A DNA stretch of 63,974 bases, the filler included, from Octopus bimaculoides (taxonomy: Eukaryota): assembly GCF_001194135.2 (NCBI RefSeq). It is 6 parts of 6 records of this genome, joined end to end, with 100 filler letters (N's around TTAATTAATTAA, not from the genome) between each part and the next. Parts side by side here need not be neighbours in the genome. Positions count along the whole stretch, not along the records: positions 1 to 26,468 come from NC_068986.1; 5 more parts are not named here. One strand, given 5' to 3'. The notes below the pieces were generated by a model, which was not told the DNA's origin, made no database searches, and saw only the letters and a list, made by a program, of their open reading frames with translations. Position 1 is the stretch's first letter, and each line of letters begins with the position of its first letter. The position numbers were made by a program, and so were the translations under genes. Positions 1-11,035 of this stretch are shown in pieces.

Positions 1-34
1 TATATATATATATATAGACTCCATCTAAGAATAT

Positions 35-72
35 CTGAAGAAGGAATTGTAATTCTGAAATATCATCGGACT
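35..72 (+). ncRNA. Degenerate minimal hammerhead-like motif, probably a Penelope-like element (PLE) relic
   Basis: CTGAAGA (35-41), a stem-II-like AG(G)AATT-gt-AATTCT, then GAAA (57-60). Stem I pairs poorly. Confidence 0.3.
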
Positions 73-699
73 ATAGATAACCAAATTACAACAGGTATAT
101 AGTCCATTTTTGGCATTATAGTGCATTGTTGTACCATTCAAAACTTTTTATTCTTTATATATATATATATGTGTGTGTGTGTGGGTGTGTGTGTGTCTGT
201 GTGTGTCTGTGTGTGTGTGTATTTTCCCTTGTTTACAATTAACACTGAAAATAGATAAATAGTTACCAGGGTAGCAAAAACTCACACAAGAAAAAAGGGT
301 GTAACACCTATTAAGTTCTATTCAAATATGAATTGGAAGCAGCTCGAGGTATATAAAAAAACTCAAACACATGGTCTTTGTGTCATTAGTACGTCGGGTA
401 GCTGCGTTTTTCAGGCGCAAGACAATACATTCCCAATGCCGCTGGTGTAAAGACAGGGTGTGCTGCAAGCATACCCTTTTCAGTATGTAGCATTGAAAAG
501 TCAAAACAATGACGAAACTACCATGTCTGTTGCTATGATAAAAAAGGGATTTGATGTGAGTTATCTCGCTTGTCTATGACTTACTTTCAGGTGTTTTTTC
601 ACCAGCGGCATTGAGAATATATTCTCTGAAACCTAAAAGACCCAGCCGCCCGACGAGCTGGAAACGCACACGCATATCTTGTGAATGTGTGTTCGATTT

Positions 700-755
<56 letters not shown>

Positions 756-1248
756 AGCGTAAGCATATAGCTGTGAAACAAAGTGGAAAGAATGAGTACT
801 TGATTACCGGAGGAAGAGTAATATGCGTTATTAATAAAGCTGCAAATACATAACACAAACTGTTACTCAGAGTGTCAGGTTCCCGTTCATCAAGCAAAAC
901 TGTCTGACGAACATGAAACTNNNNNNNNNNNNNNNNNNNNNNNNNNNNNNNNNNNNNNNNNNNNNNNNNNNNNNNNNNNNNNNNNNNNNNNNNNNNNNNN
1001 NNNNNNNNNNNNNNNNNNNNNNNNNNNNNNNNNNNNNNNNNNNNNNNNNNNNNNNNNNNNNNNNNNNNNNNNNNNNNNNNNNNNNNNNNNNNNNNATATG
1101 TATGTATGTATGTGTATAAAATTCAAATATTGAGGATGTAATTTTCTGGTAAGGGATTTTTATTAGAAATCCGGGCATCAACTGGTGTTATCAAATATAT
1201 TGAAAGAAAGGTCCGCAATATATATTGATAAACAGTCCAATAATGTGT

Positions 1249-1777
1249 AAAGTTAATAAAAGAAAATAGAGAAGAAATGTTGTGGATACTTGGTTAATTT
1301 TATTTGTATCACGATGAAAAAAGGTAATACATACAAGATTTAAGATGTAAAGAAACCGAATCAGCAAAAGAAATAAACATAAGAGTATCCTACATATGTT
1401 TTAATCCGACCATTAGGTTTCGATTATCACCATTCAAGCGATGTTAGATGTAAAATAAGCCCACATTTTGTCCGAATATCATCAGAGAGTGATGTTTACT
1501 TTCTCGTGGTGAACAACGAAATAACTGACCACCAGAAAGTAAACATCACTCCCTGATAGTATCCGGACATAATGTGGGGTTAATTTACATTTAACATAGC
1601 ATGAATTGTGATGATTGAAATCTAATGGCCGGTTTGAAACATATGTAGGATACTCTTATGTTTATTTCTTTTGCTGATTCGGTTTCTTTACATGTGCATT
1701 ACATTTTGTCATCGTGATACGAATAAAATTAACCACGTATCCTCTATATTTCTTCTCCATTTTCTTTTATTAACTTT
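1249..1777. mobile_element. Fold-back (palindromic) MITE-like element
   Basis: Arms 1249-1510 and 1528-1777 are reverse complements along their whole length, e.g. gaaaccgaatcagcaaaagaaataaacataagagtatcctacatatg / catatgtaggatactcttatgtttatttcttttgctgattcggtttc. Loop is 17 nt. The right side ends just before a (GT)n tract. Confidence 0.85.
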
Positions 1778-1935
1778 CTGGTGTGTGTGTGTGTGTGCGT
1801 GTGTGTGTGTGTCTGTGTGTGTGTGTGTCTGTGTCTGTGTGTGTGTGTGCCTCTGTGTGTGTGTGCCTGTGTGTGTGTGCGTGTGTGTGTGTGCGTGTGC
1901 ATACGTGCATGCGTGCGTGCTCGCGTATATTATTC

Positions 1936-2110
1936 TTTGTCCCTCACCACTACTTGCTTGTTTATGTTCTCGTAACGTAATGACTCGGCAGAAAATGGCT
2001 GATAATACAAGCACCAGGTATTAAAAAATAAGTACATCGATTCGTTCGACTAAAATTCTTTAAGACAGTGCCTCCGCATGGCCGCAATTCAATGACTGAA
2101 ATAAAAAGGC
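1936..2110 (+). mobile_element. SINE family A, degenerate 3' half
   Basis: Matches the tail of the full copies (33509, 60147): ...aagcaccagg...tcgattcgttcgactaaa...catggccgcaattcaatgactgaaa. Confidence 0.7.
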
Positions 2111-3400
2111 AAAACGACATTTCACTTGTAAGTTGTGTCTATAAATTAAAATAAAAAAAACAAGATATTCATGCACCAGTAAATATAACATTTTCAAATA
2201 AAATTCGAAGTCAACCTAACACATATACTGCCATATACATTCACACATTACATGATCTGTCATCTTAACTTTTCCAATCACTGAACCAAACATTTCGTCT
2301 TCCTGTATCATGCCTGGCAGCTTACTCAAATCCACACAAAACAATCTGATAAAACTAGTTTGAAATATAGGTTAAAACTGAAAACTATATATATATATAT
2401 ATNNNNNNNNNNNNNNNNNNNNNNNNNNNNNNNNNNNNNNNNNNNNNNNNNNNNNNNNNNNNNNNNNNNNNNNNNNNNNNNNNNNNNNNNNNNNNNNNNN
2501 NNNNNNNNNNNNNNNNNNNNNNNNNNNNNNNNNNNNNNNNNNNNNNNNNNNNNNNNNNNNNNNNNNNNNNNNNNNNNNNNNNNNNNNNNNNNNNNNNNNN
2601 NNNNNNNNNNNNNNNNNNNNNNNNNNNNNNNNNNNNNNNNNNNNNNNNNNNNNNNNNNNNNNNNNNNNNNNNNNNNNNNNNNNNNNNNNNNNNNNNNNNN
2701 NNNNNNNNNNNNNNNNNNNNNNNNNNNNNNNNNNNNNNNNNNNNNNNNNNNNNNNNNNNNNNNNNNNNNNNNNNNNNNNNNNNNNNNNNNNNNNNNNNNN
2801 NNNNNNNNNNNNNNNNNNNNNNNNNNNNNNNNNNNNNNNNNNNNNNNNNNNNNNNNNNNNNNNNNNNNNNNNNNNNNNNNNNNNNNNNNNNNNNNNNNNN
2901 NNNNNNNNNNNNNNNNNNNNNNNNNNNNNNNNNNNNNNNNNNNNNNNNNNNNNNNNNNNNNNNNNNNNNNNNNNNNNNNNNNNNNNNNNNNNNNNNNNNN
3001 NNNNNNNNNNNNNNNNNNNNNNNNNNNNNNNNNNNNNNNNNNNNNNNNNNNNNNNNNNNNNNNNNNNNNNNNNNNNNNNNNNNNNNNNNNNNNNNNNNNN
3101 NNNNNNNNNNNNNNNNNNNNNNNNNNNNNNNNNNNNNNNNNNNNNNNNNNNNNNNNNNNNNNNNNNNNNNNNNNNNNNNNNNNNNNNNNNNNNNNNTATA
3201 TATATATATATATATATGTATGTATATATATACAACAAACTCCTTTCAGTTTCCGTCTACCAAATTCAACATTTAGAATTCAACTTGGGTCTGGAAAACT
3301 AGAGTGATTGCATTACAGAATTAATTCTCATCCGTCCTTAACGTCTGATCAAAGCCCACCAGTGCATATAGACATTATAGACATATTATAGTTATACTAT

Positions 3401-3490
3401 CCAGTACGCTCTTGTACTGGACCGCAGGCCCAATTAGCTCTCCGCAGGAGCTAGGATAAAAGTCCGCACGGAGTGCGGCTATTCTAATGT
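3401..3490 (+). mobile_element. Stacked short hairpins, possible Helitron 3' termini
   Basis: ccagtac-gctctt-gtactgg; agctc-tccgcag-gagct running into CTAG; ccgcac-gga-gtgcgg followed by ctattCTAAt. Confidence 0.35.
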
Positions 3491-4139
3491 GATACTTTTA
3501 AAATATTGCGTATAACAGATTTTTATTTGGCAAGGCGACGATTTGCAGCACCAGTTACTGTTTATTTACTGGCTTCTCTATACGGTGGCAACAAATTTCG
3601 CGCAACCATGTGCTTAGGTGTGCGCGCGCCATGTTGACAATAGGCATCGTGACAGGAATGCATTTAGTGTTGTCACTAGCCACTGTGCAGCAACGATTTT
3701 CGTCTGCCAACGATACACACACACACATATATATATACGCATATATATAAATGTGTGTGTGTGTGTGAAACGTTTAGATAGAATAGAGACAGCTGATGAA
3801 GGGATATTCCAAGTGGCTTTCCGTTGTGTTCGTTCCGTTGTCTGTAGTTTATTGTTCTAACGTCCTGTACCCTGATATGCATATATATATACACATGTAG
3901 ATGTAAGTATGTACATATATGTGTGTATACATGTATATATATTCTTTGTATTATTATATATATATATATATATATATATTCACACACACACTCCCACACA
4001 CCCACGCACATGCTACCATACACACAATATCACGCACATACATACAGGCCACCACACTCAATTGCACGCACGCACACACACACACACACACACACATACA
4101 CACACATACCAACTATTCTTCACACTCTCCTGTGCCAGA

Positions 4140-4400
4140 GAGCACTTGCTCTTTGTCCTTCTACTTCCGGTCATTTCAAAAATGTAACTACATGTGGACT
4201 GCTGGTGAATTTTTTCTTCCTTTTCTCTTTTCCTTTGGTGTTTCCTATGTTTCCTGTTTCTGACGAAGAACTATGCTCTGACGGTAAAACAACCACTCTT
4301 TTCCTTTTTTGAACGTCTTATTAACACTTCGCATCTGCTACGTCCTCACGTTGTTGTTTCCTTCTTGTCTTTCTTTCGTGTCTTTTTCACATTTTTTTTC
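4140..4400 (+). mobile_element. PLE-like terminal-repeat relic with a mutated hammerhead core
   Basis: tgttt-CTGACGA-agaac tat gctct-GAC-GGTA-aaaca. It shares acttccggtca with the inverted copy at 9410-9540. Confidence 0.45.
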
Positions 4401-4432
<32 letters not shown>

Positions 4433-4699
4433 TGATTGATTGATTGCTCCGTTTTCACAGATGATTGTCATTTTAGTGAACTACTTCGTTGCCAGTGGCA
4501 TTTCTGACATTTCGTCTGTAGCCCTCAGATAACTATTCAGTCCTGCTGCATATCTGTTTTGGTTTGAAACTCAGGTGTCAGATGAAAGCACTTCCAATGG
4601 ATTGATCGAATCACTATTTGAAATATGGTCGCTGTGAATCGTTACATGTCTCTTGTGACCCGAAAATTACTTGCAAGGACATTCACATAATACACACTT

Positions 4700-5135
4700 C
4701 GGATTACTCGGTCTAGAGGAAGGACGTTGCATTCAGTTGACTTTCATGGGACTTCAGATGATTGACATACTCAACCTTGGAAAGGAATATGCGGCTGCTC
4801 GTTTCACACCTCCAACATGTTATGTTCTCACTGAGTTTTTGATGAGAGTCCTTCCAAAGACTACACTTTAAGCTTTCGTGCTCAAGACATCGCTCTTCAC
4901 AAGCTTTACAATCCCCTTATACGCTTTCGTCAGTGAGCTTTATCCAAAGATAGATCTTCCCCGTTTTTTTTTTTTCATTGTCTTGCAAGTCCTTCCGTTT
5001 GCCTTTGATGTAGTGCCTTTTTTGTGTTTTGTACTAAAGACGCTTTCCACTGCACAGGCCCAATTTCGAACTGCGACTTTGGAATCTTATTATCTTGAAT
5101 ACGCAAGCATGGCCTGCCAAACACGTCTGAGTAGA
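4700..5135 (-). mobile_element. RTE-clade LINE, decayed 3' ORF fragment
   Basis: Minus-strand frames give RIQDNKIPKS, LCSGKR, GDCKACEERCLEHESLK and RIFLSKVEYVNHLKSHE, typical of RTE C-termini. Stops and frameshifts present. Confidence 0.7.
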
Positions 5136-5171
5136 TGAGTGACAGGATGCGAAAGCAAGAATATACGTGCA

Positions 5172-5275
<104 letters not shown>

Positions 5276-5298
5276 AGTGTGTGTGTATTTATGTATGT

Positions 5299-6402
5299 AA
5301 AGGGTTGGACAACATAATTGAAACACCACCTTTCATTTAATTATTCATCCTGTCGTGAGTACTAATTCAAAACAGTCTTAGTCTGCATATATATCGTCAC
5401 ATGCATTATGTATGCTTTATATTCAATGATATAGACCCCTTTCCCATTTCCGTAGAGAATAAACCGTTGAGCCGCAGATGGGTGGAGAATGAGTCACTAA
5501 AACTTCTGATGTTTCGGGAGATGTAGTCTCTAAATATATATTGGCATTTCAAAACTAAGATAAAAACAGTTATGGCAAACATATTTCTGGATGAAAGACA
5601 AAGTTCACAGTGAGAATAGTGGAACGTATTGTGTCTAAAAGCTATCGAACTACAGAAGCAGAGTTGACAGCAGAACTAAACTACAACCTTGCCAACCTTG
5701 TCTGAATTAAAACCTTTGTCGTGAGCTCCATAAAGCTGGAAATCATGGAAGGACTGCAATTACTAAACCCCACCTGTTCCCATCAGGAATGATAAATGGA
5801 AAATTGTTTGAACTATGCGAAGCGGTTAATGCCTCGAAAGAACGTCATCAGCTCTGATGAATCGGCATTCCCCCTTTTTACTCATTTCGCGATGAGTTTA
5901 TGTCGAGAGGCAGCCTAAAGAAACTTTCAATCCTAGTTGTTTATCCCCTGATATTTCAGTGTTAACTTAGACAGCTATACACGGGAATTGACAGGTTAAC
6001 ATCAAGGATCATTTGCGTACTTTGGCTTCTCATTTCCATCATCTGATACATTGTTCTGATACTAATACTATCCTCCAGGGTGATAATGGGTTGGTTCACA
6101 TAGCTAATATCATTCAAAATTTGTACGAAAATCGCACAAAATTGAAGTAGACTCACATTCACCAGATTCCAATATAAACGAAAATCTATAGCATGTGAGA
6201 AACTACTTTCTACCGTCATCATCGCTGAGAGAGCTAAAGTAAGTGTTACTTGAATATTGGTGCAAAGTTCCGCTTAACAAACGTTCACAACCTGTCAATT
6301 TCTTGTAATGAACTAGTGATTGGTGCCAAAGTTTGACCAACTCTCTATTAAATCATAAAACTAAACTTGCATTTAACATGGTGTTGTGCCATTATTTCAA
6401 TC

Positions 6403-6405
<3 letters not shown>
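5299..6405 (+). mobile_element. Tc1-family DNA transposon, decayed and internally deleted
   Basis: Left TIR-like aagggttggacaacataattgaaacacc, partial right TIR ggtgttgtgccattattt. Transposase relics: RIVSKSYRTTEAELTAELN, RELHKAGNHGRTAITKP, KNVISSDES, LQGDNGLVHIA, SPDSNINENL (DD..E triad regions). Confidence 0.8.
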
Positions 6406-6455
<50 letters not shown>

Positions 6456-7200
6456 TACATGTATGTATATATATGCATTATACGTAGTCTCATAAACTAT
6501 TAGACACACATATATAGACATTTTTATACATATATGTATGTATATGTGTATATATATTTATATATACACACACATGCATATATATATATATATATGTATA
6601 TATATCTCATATGAGTATCTGTGTGTATGAATATATGTAAGATAGATAGAAAGTAAGATGGACACTAACCTTAAATTAATTTTGTATTTTCTACATCTTC
6701 ATGCGAATATTTTCTTCCGCCATTATTATTCAGTACGATATAGCTCCATTATATTTTCTGATTTAATCTGTCTCCATTACTTTCTTTCCTTCTTTGTGTT
6801 GCCTTCATTAATATTCATTCTTCCTAATTTAACATTTTTCGGAATTTTCTCTTTTAAATAATCATTATCTGTAATGGTCTTCTCCCTTACTTTCACATTG
6901 CCTTCCATTCCGACTACTACCCTCTCTTTCTTCACCTTTTCTCCCTCTTTCTTTTCTTCCTTCTGCTTTCCTACCTTCCTTTCCTTCTTTATTGCTTCCT
7001 CTATCTGTGTCTCTCACTGACTCACCTTATGTCTATAAGTTAAAATATATCCTATATATTTTTTCTCATAATACTTTTTCACTCCGTGTAAATATCTGAT
7101 TTCTTCTGTCTTTCGCCCTCCTTCTCTCACACATTTCATTACTTGATTTCTCAAAATCTTTCTCTCTCTCTTCCCCAATCTTCTCTCTCTCTCTTTCCCT

Positions 7201-7303
<103 letters not shown>

Positions 7304-7879
7304 TGCTCCCTTTCTTTCTTAATTAACTACTACCTCTTCAATCCTTTCCACTCATAACAATGGAATCACATTCATAATAAATGATATTCTATAAAACCCT
7401 CGCCAACACTTATCACCGCAGCCACCACTACCACCACATCGCCACTAATACAATTATTACTGTCCTTACTACCATTTATTAACGATTCTACTAAAAAATC
7501 TTTATTATTCTTTCCAAGCAGCAACATAATCTTCTGAAGCATCACCATTTTCTCAAATGGTAAATAGTTCCAAACATATATAAATATATATATATTTGCA
7601 ATTAATTCACTGATATCTACGAGAATATGTTTTCGCAGCATAACGCATTGGCCATTATCTTTTATGGCTAAACGTTCCCCATTCTCTTAAGCCGTTTCTA
7701 CGTGGTAGTATGACATGTTGCAAATAACAACCAAACAACTTTCGAACCACACTATTCTTTCTTTAAAAACGTAAATTCCCGAAAGCCTTTATACATAATT
7801 CTGCTGGTTAAGATACAACAACGGTATACCATACACGACACACAATCAAAAGAAATACAATAGATAATGTGTCTTTGCT

Positions 7880-8235
7880 TCTTGGCATAAAATCATTAAT
7901 AAGCATGTTCCAGCCTCTGACCCTGATTTGTACTGTTTCCTCTCTTAATTTTCCGTACCGCAGCTATAAATCTTCCGTACCGCTGCCATAAATACCTGTG
8001 TTTTTCGAAGTTGGTTTGTTTTGATCCTCTTCTGATCATGAACTTCCAACATACAAGTCTGTCTTCCTTTCACCAACTACGTTGTGTTCAGCTCTCCGGT
8101 TCCCATGCTAACTATTATGCCAAATCTTTCCTTCTCAGAATATCGACCCTCTGGAATCTCGTCTCTGTTCATGTCTTTCCAGCAGATGTCAACTTGCAAC
8201 AGTTTAAGCCGCATTGTAACAGCAGGTCTCCAAAG
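7880..8235 (+). mobile_element. L2/CR1-group LINE 3' fragment
   Basis: HANYYAKSFLLRISTLWNLVSVHVFPADVNLQQFK resembles the SFxxRTxxLWNxLP motif at the C-terminus of CR1/L2/Crack ORF2. Confidence 0.6.
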
Positions 8236-8644
8236 GTCATGGCTACATAGTAAGTAATAAAATTAGTCTTAAATATGCTATGTATGAATATAAACCGGGA
8301 CAGTAAAAGTTCAAGCATTTTTGATAATAATTCTGCTGCATTTAAGTAGATTTGTTGCTAAGTAACAGAAGCAACACGAGGGCATTATTCAAAAAGATCG
8401 ACTGAATAGAAATAACAACCAAATGTCACTGAAAATTGACCTAAATGTCATTAAATAATGAAAAATACACTACCTATTTTTATTAGATACTATATATTAT
8501 CTTGCTCATTGAATTAGAACTCAATAAGAGCTGCTTACCGGGTGTCAAGCAATAAAAAAAATCTAATAATTATAATAACCCTTTCTACTTCAATACCGGT
8601 AATCTTGTTCAGGATTGCTACCGATTCTACCCCTTCACTGTCTT

Positions 8645-8958
8645 GACGATATGATGATATAATCCCAATAAGAATTTGGAGCATGAGAACAGTAAAGGTC
8701 ATGCCTAAAATAATTGGTAAGTTGGGAACTGTAAGTAAAAATATAGACAAATGGCTGAAAGAGATTGGAATACAATACCCTGTAGAGTTCCTATAGAAAC
8801 TTTGTCTCTTAAGGACAGCAAGGATTATCAGAAGGGCTCTAAACACTTGATAGACAGCTGAAAACTTGTGGATTCCAAAGGTAATAATGTAGTAATCCGT
8901 TACACCTATAAATCCGACCAGCAATAACACAGAACCTGAGCCAACCAAAATGATAATA
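8645..8958 (+). mobile_element. R4/Dong-like (RLE) non-LTR retrotransposon, 3' end
   Basis: RIWSMRTVKVMPKIIGKLGTVSKNIDKWLKEIGIQYPVEFL*KLCLLRTARIIRRALNT*. The 3' UTR ends in atgataataat. Confidence 0.75.
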
Positions 8959-8961
8959 ATC

Positions 8962-9155
8962 CTTTGTACTTTAGACTCAAGGCCTGGTATTTGGGGTGAA
9001 GGGTATAAGTTGATTAGATCGACCCCATTGCTTAACTGGTACTTATATTATTGACTCTGAAAAGTAAAGTCGACCATTGCGGAATTTGACTTCAGAACAT
9101 AAAGACAGACGAGACACCTCGAAGGACCGTGCTAACGATTCTGCAAGTTTCTCCG
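8962..9155 (-). mobile_element. SINE family B, degenerate
   Basis: Reverse complement of the 25465 copy (gtcgac...ggaatttgac..cagaac; aactggtactt). Confidence 0.75.
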
Positions 9156-9189
9156 ATGCATATTCCACATACAGCTAAAATTAAATGTC

Positions 9190-9253
9190 ATACATACATA
9201 CATACATACATACATACATACATACTTACTTACTTACATACATACATGTATTC

Positions 9254-9286
<33 letters not shown>

Positions 9287-9287
9287 C

Positions 9288-9318
<31 letters not shown>
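9190..9318. repeat. Compound (CATA)n/(GATA)n microsatellite
   Basis: Direct observation. Confidence 0.95.
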
Positions 9319-9319
<1 letters not shown>

Positions 9320-9409
9320 TGACATGTCGAAGATTAAGAATGACAAAACAACAAAAGTAAAAAAAGCCGTACACATGGAATGTATTAGGTTGACGCTCAG
9401 AATAAGATG

Positions 9410-9540
9410 GAAGAAAGGGTGGGTGTATAACGTTTCAACCATGGCTCGTCATCAGGAAGAGGAAAGGGAGAAAAGAGAAGTAACTCACGTGTGAGGCTAC
9501 ATGGCTAAAGTGACCGGAAGTGGAGAGAGACAGTAAAAGT
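9410..9540 (-). mobile_element. PLE-like terminal-repeat relic with hammerhead core
   Basis: Minus strand reads CTGATGA-cgagc cat ggtt-GAAA-CGTT. Same family as 4140-4400. Confidence 0.45.
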
Positions 9541-10509
9541 GTTTTTTTTAAGGCAGGAAAGTGCAAAAATGGCCAGTGTGTGTGTGGGGGGGGGGGGTAA
9601 TATCTGTGTGCATATATGTTTGTGTTCATTTGAGTGGTCTATGCGTAAGGATTGATTTGGAACGGGTTAATACCAGCAGTTCTATTTAATGGTGGGAGAT
9701 GAGGTGACGAGTGTATGATATATATACATACATAGACATATGTGTGTGTGCATTTATGTATGTGTGCATGTATGTACTTACGTACGTATACATGTATATA
9801 AATTTATACACACATATATATATGCATATATATATATGCGAGTAAAAATAAATACAAAAAAAGGGGTTTTGTATGATTGTGTATAGAGGAATATATTATT
9901 TTGTTTAAAAGAGTTCCAACACTGTCTGTTTTTTTATGTTTTATTTATATTCCTGCGAAACCAATGTGGGATATAGAATATGGAATATACAATATATAAT
10001 ATAATATACAATATATAATATAAAATGAAACTGGATGGTACAATGAAATAAAGTATTGAATGTCTTATTGAATATATGGAATATGTCTTATTGAATAGAT
10101 GAAATATTGAGTGTTCAATATAAAGGATTAAATATATAAAGGCGAATANNNNNNNNNNNNNNNNNNNNNNNNNNNNNNNNNNNNNNNNNNNNNNNNNNNN
10201 NNNNNNNNNNNNNNNNNNNNNNNNNNNNNNNNNNNNNNNNNNNNNNNNNNNNNNNNNNNNNNNNNNNNNNNNNNNNNNNNNNNNNNNNNNNNNNNNNNNN
10301 NNNNNNNNNNNNNNNNNNNNNNNNNNNNNNNNCACAGTGTAACATCGAAGAGAAAAACTTAGGAGGAATCATAAAATAATAAAAAAAATGAGCGCGAATG
10401 CATGAAAAGCAACCGGCTCACATTGTTTACGAGAAAATTTATTTGAAAATGCTTAATTTAAAATCCTTCACCGGTGTTGGTGCGTTTATGTTGACGTCTT
10501 CGATCTACC

Positions 10510-10915
10510 TTCGAAATCGGGACCGGCGAAACGGGCAGCTCCTCTCCCGACCGGAGGCGACCGTATATCGCAGCCATTGCGATGCGACGAATGCACGGTG
10601 CCAAGTGAACCACTTTTGGTAAGCAGAACTGATGTGGAATGAACCCAACGTCCGGCTAAGGTACCTTACGCTTCGTCCATTAGATCGTCGAAAAGGTGTC
10701 GGGCCATACAAACAACAGGACGGTGGCCACGAAAGTCAGAGTCCGCTCAGGAGTGTCTAAGAACTTATCTACCGAATCGACCGGCCCCGAAAATGGATGG
10801 CACTGGAGCAAGCGACCGATGCCGGACCGGCCGGGCAACAGGTTGCGCGTTCGCTGGTGAGGCGACTTTCCGATTTCCAGTCGAGGAGGAGGGCGATGTG
10901 GCGTGCATGGAAGAC
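10510..10915 (+). rRNA. 28S rRNA: 28S rRNA pseudogene fragment (D6-D7 region)
   Basis: Core 10589-10915 matches conserved LSU blocks: ccacttttggtaagcagaactg; caggacggtggcca..gaaagtc..agtccgct.aggagtg; gccccgaaaatggatggcactggagc; cgagga(g)gagggc. Isolated and diverged. The upstream edge is uncertain. Confidence 0.88.
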
Positions 10916-11035
10916 ACTGATAGAATAAGTACCAGGCTTTAAAAAAATAAGTACTAGGTTCAATTCATTCGACTAAAATTTCAAGCCGGTGCCTCAGCAT
11001 GTCTGCAGTCTAATAATAAAAAGATAGAAAGATTA
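10912..11035 (+). mobile_element. SINE family A tail fused directly to the 28S fragment
   Basis: gatagaataagtaccaggc...ttcattcgactaaaa...cagcatgtctgcagtc. Confidence 0.8.

Noticed and set aside
3790-3830. CTGATGAAGGG motifs at ~3793 and ~15740
   Set aside because: No GAAA follows stem II, so they cannot be called ribozymes.
574-4312. ORFs rich in YI, CV, HT or MYVC repeats, here and throughout the window
   Set aside because: Translations of (TA)n, (TG)n, (CA)n and (TATG)n microsatellites or of N-runs.
5846-5862. tcatcag-ct-ctgatga palindrome containing CTGATGA
   Set aside because: Encodes the Tc1 SDES motif and has no GAAA or stems of a hammerhead.
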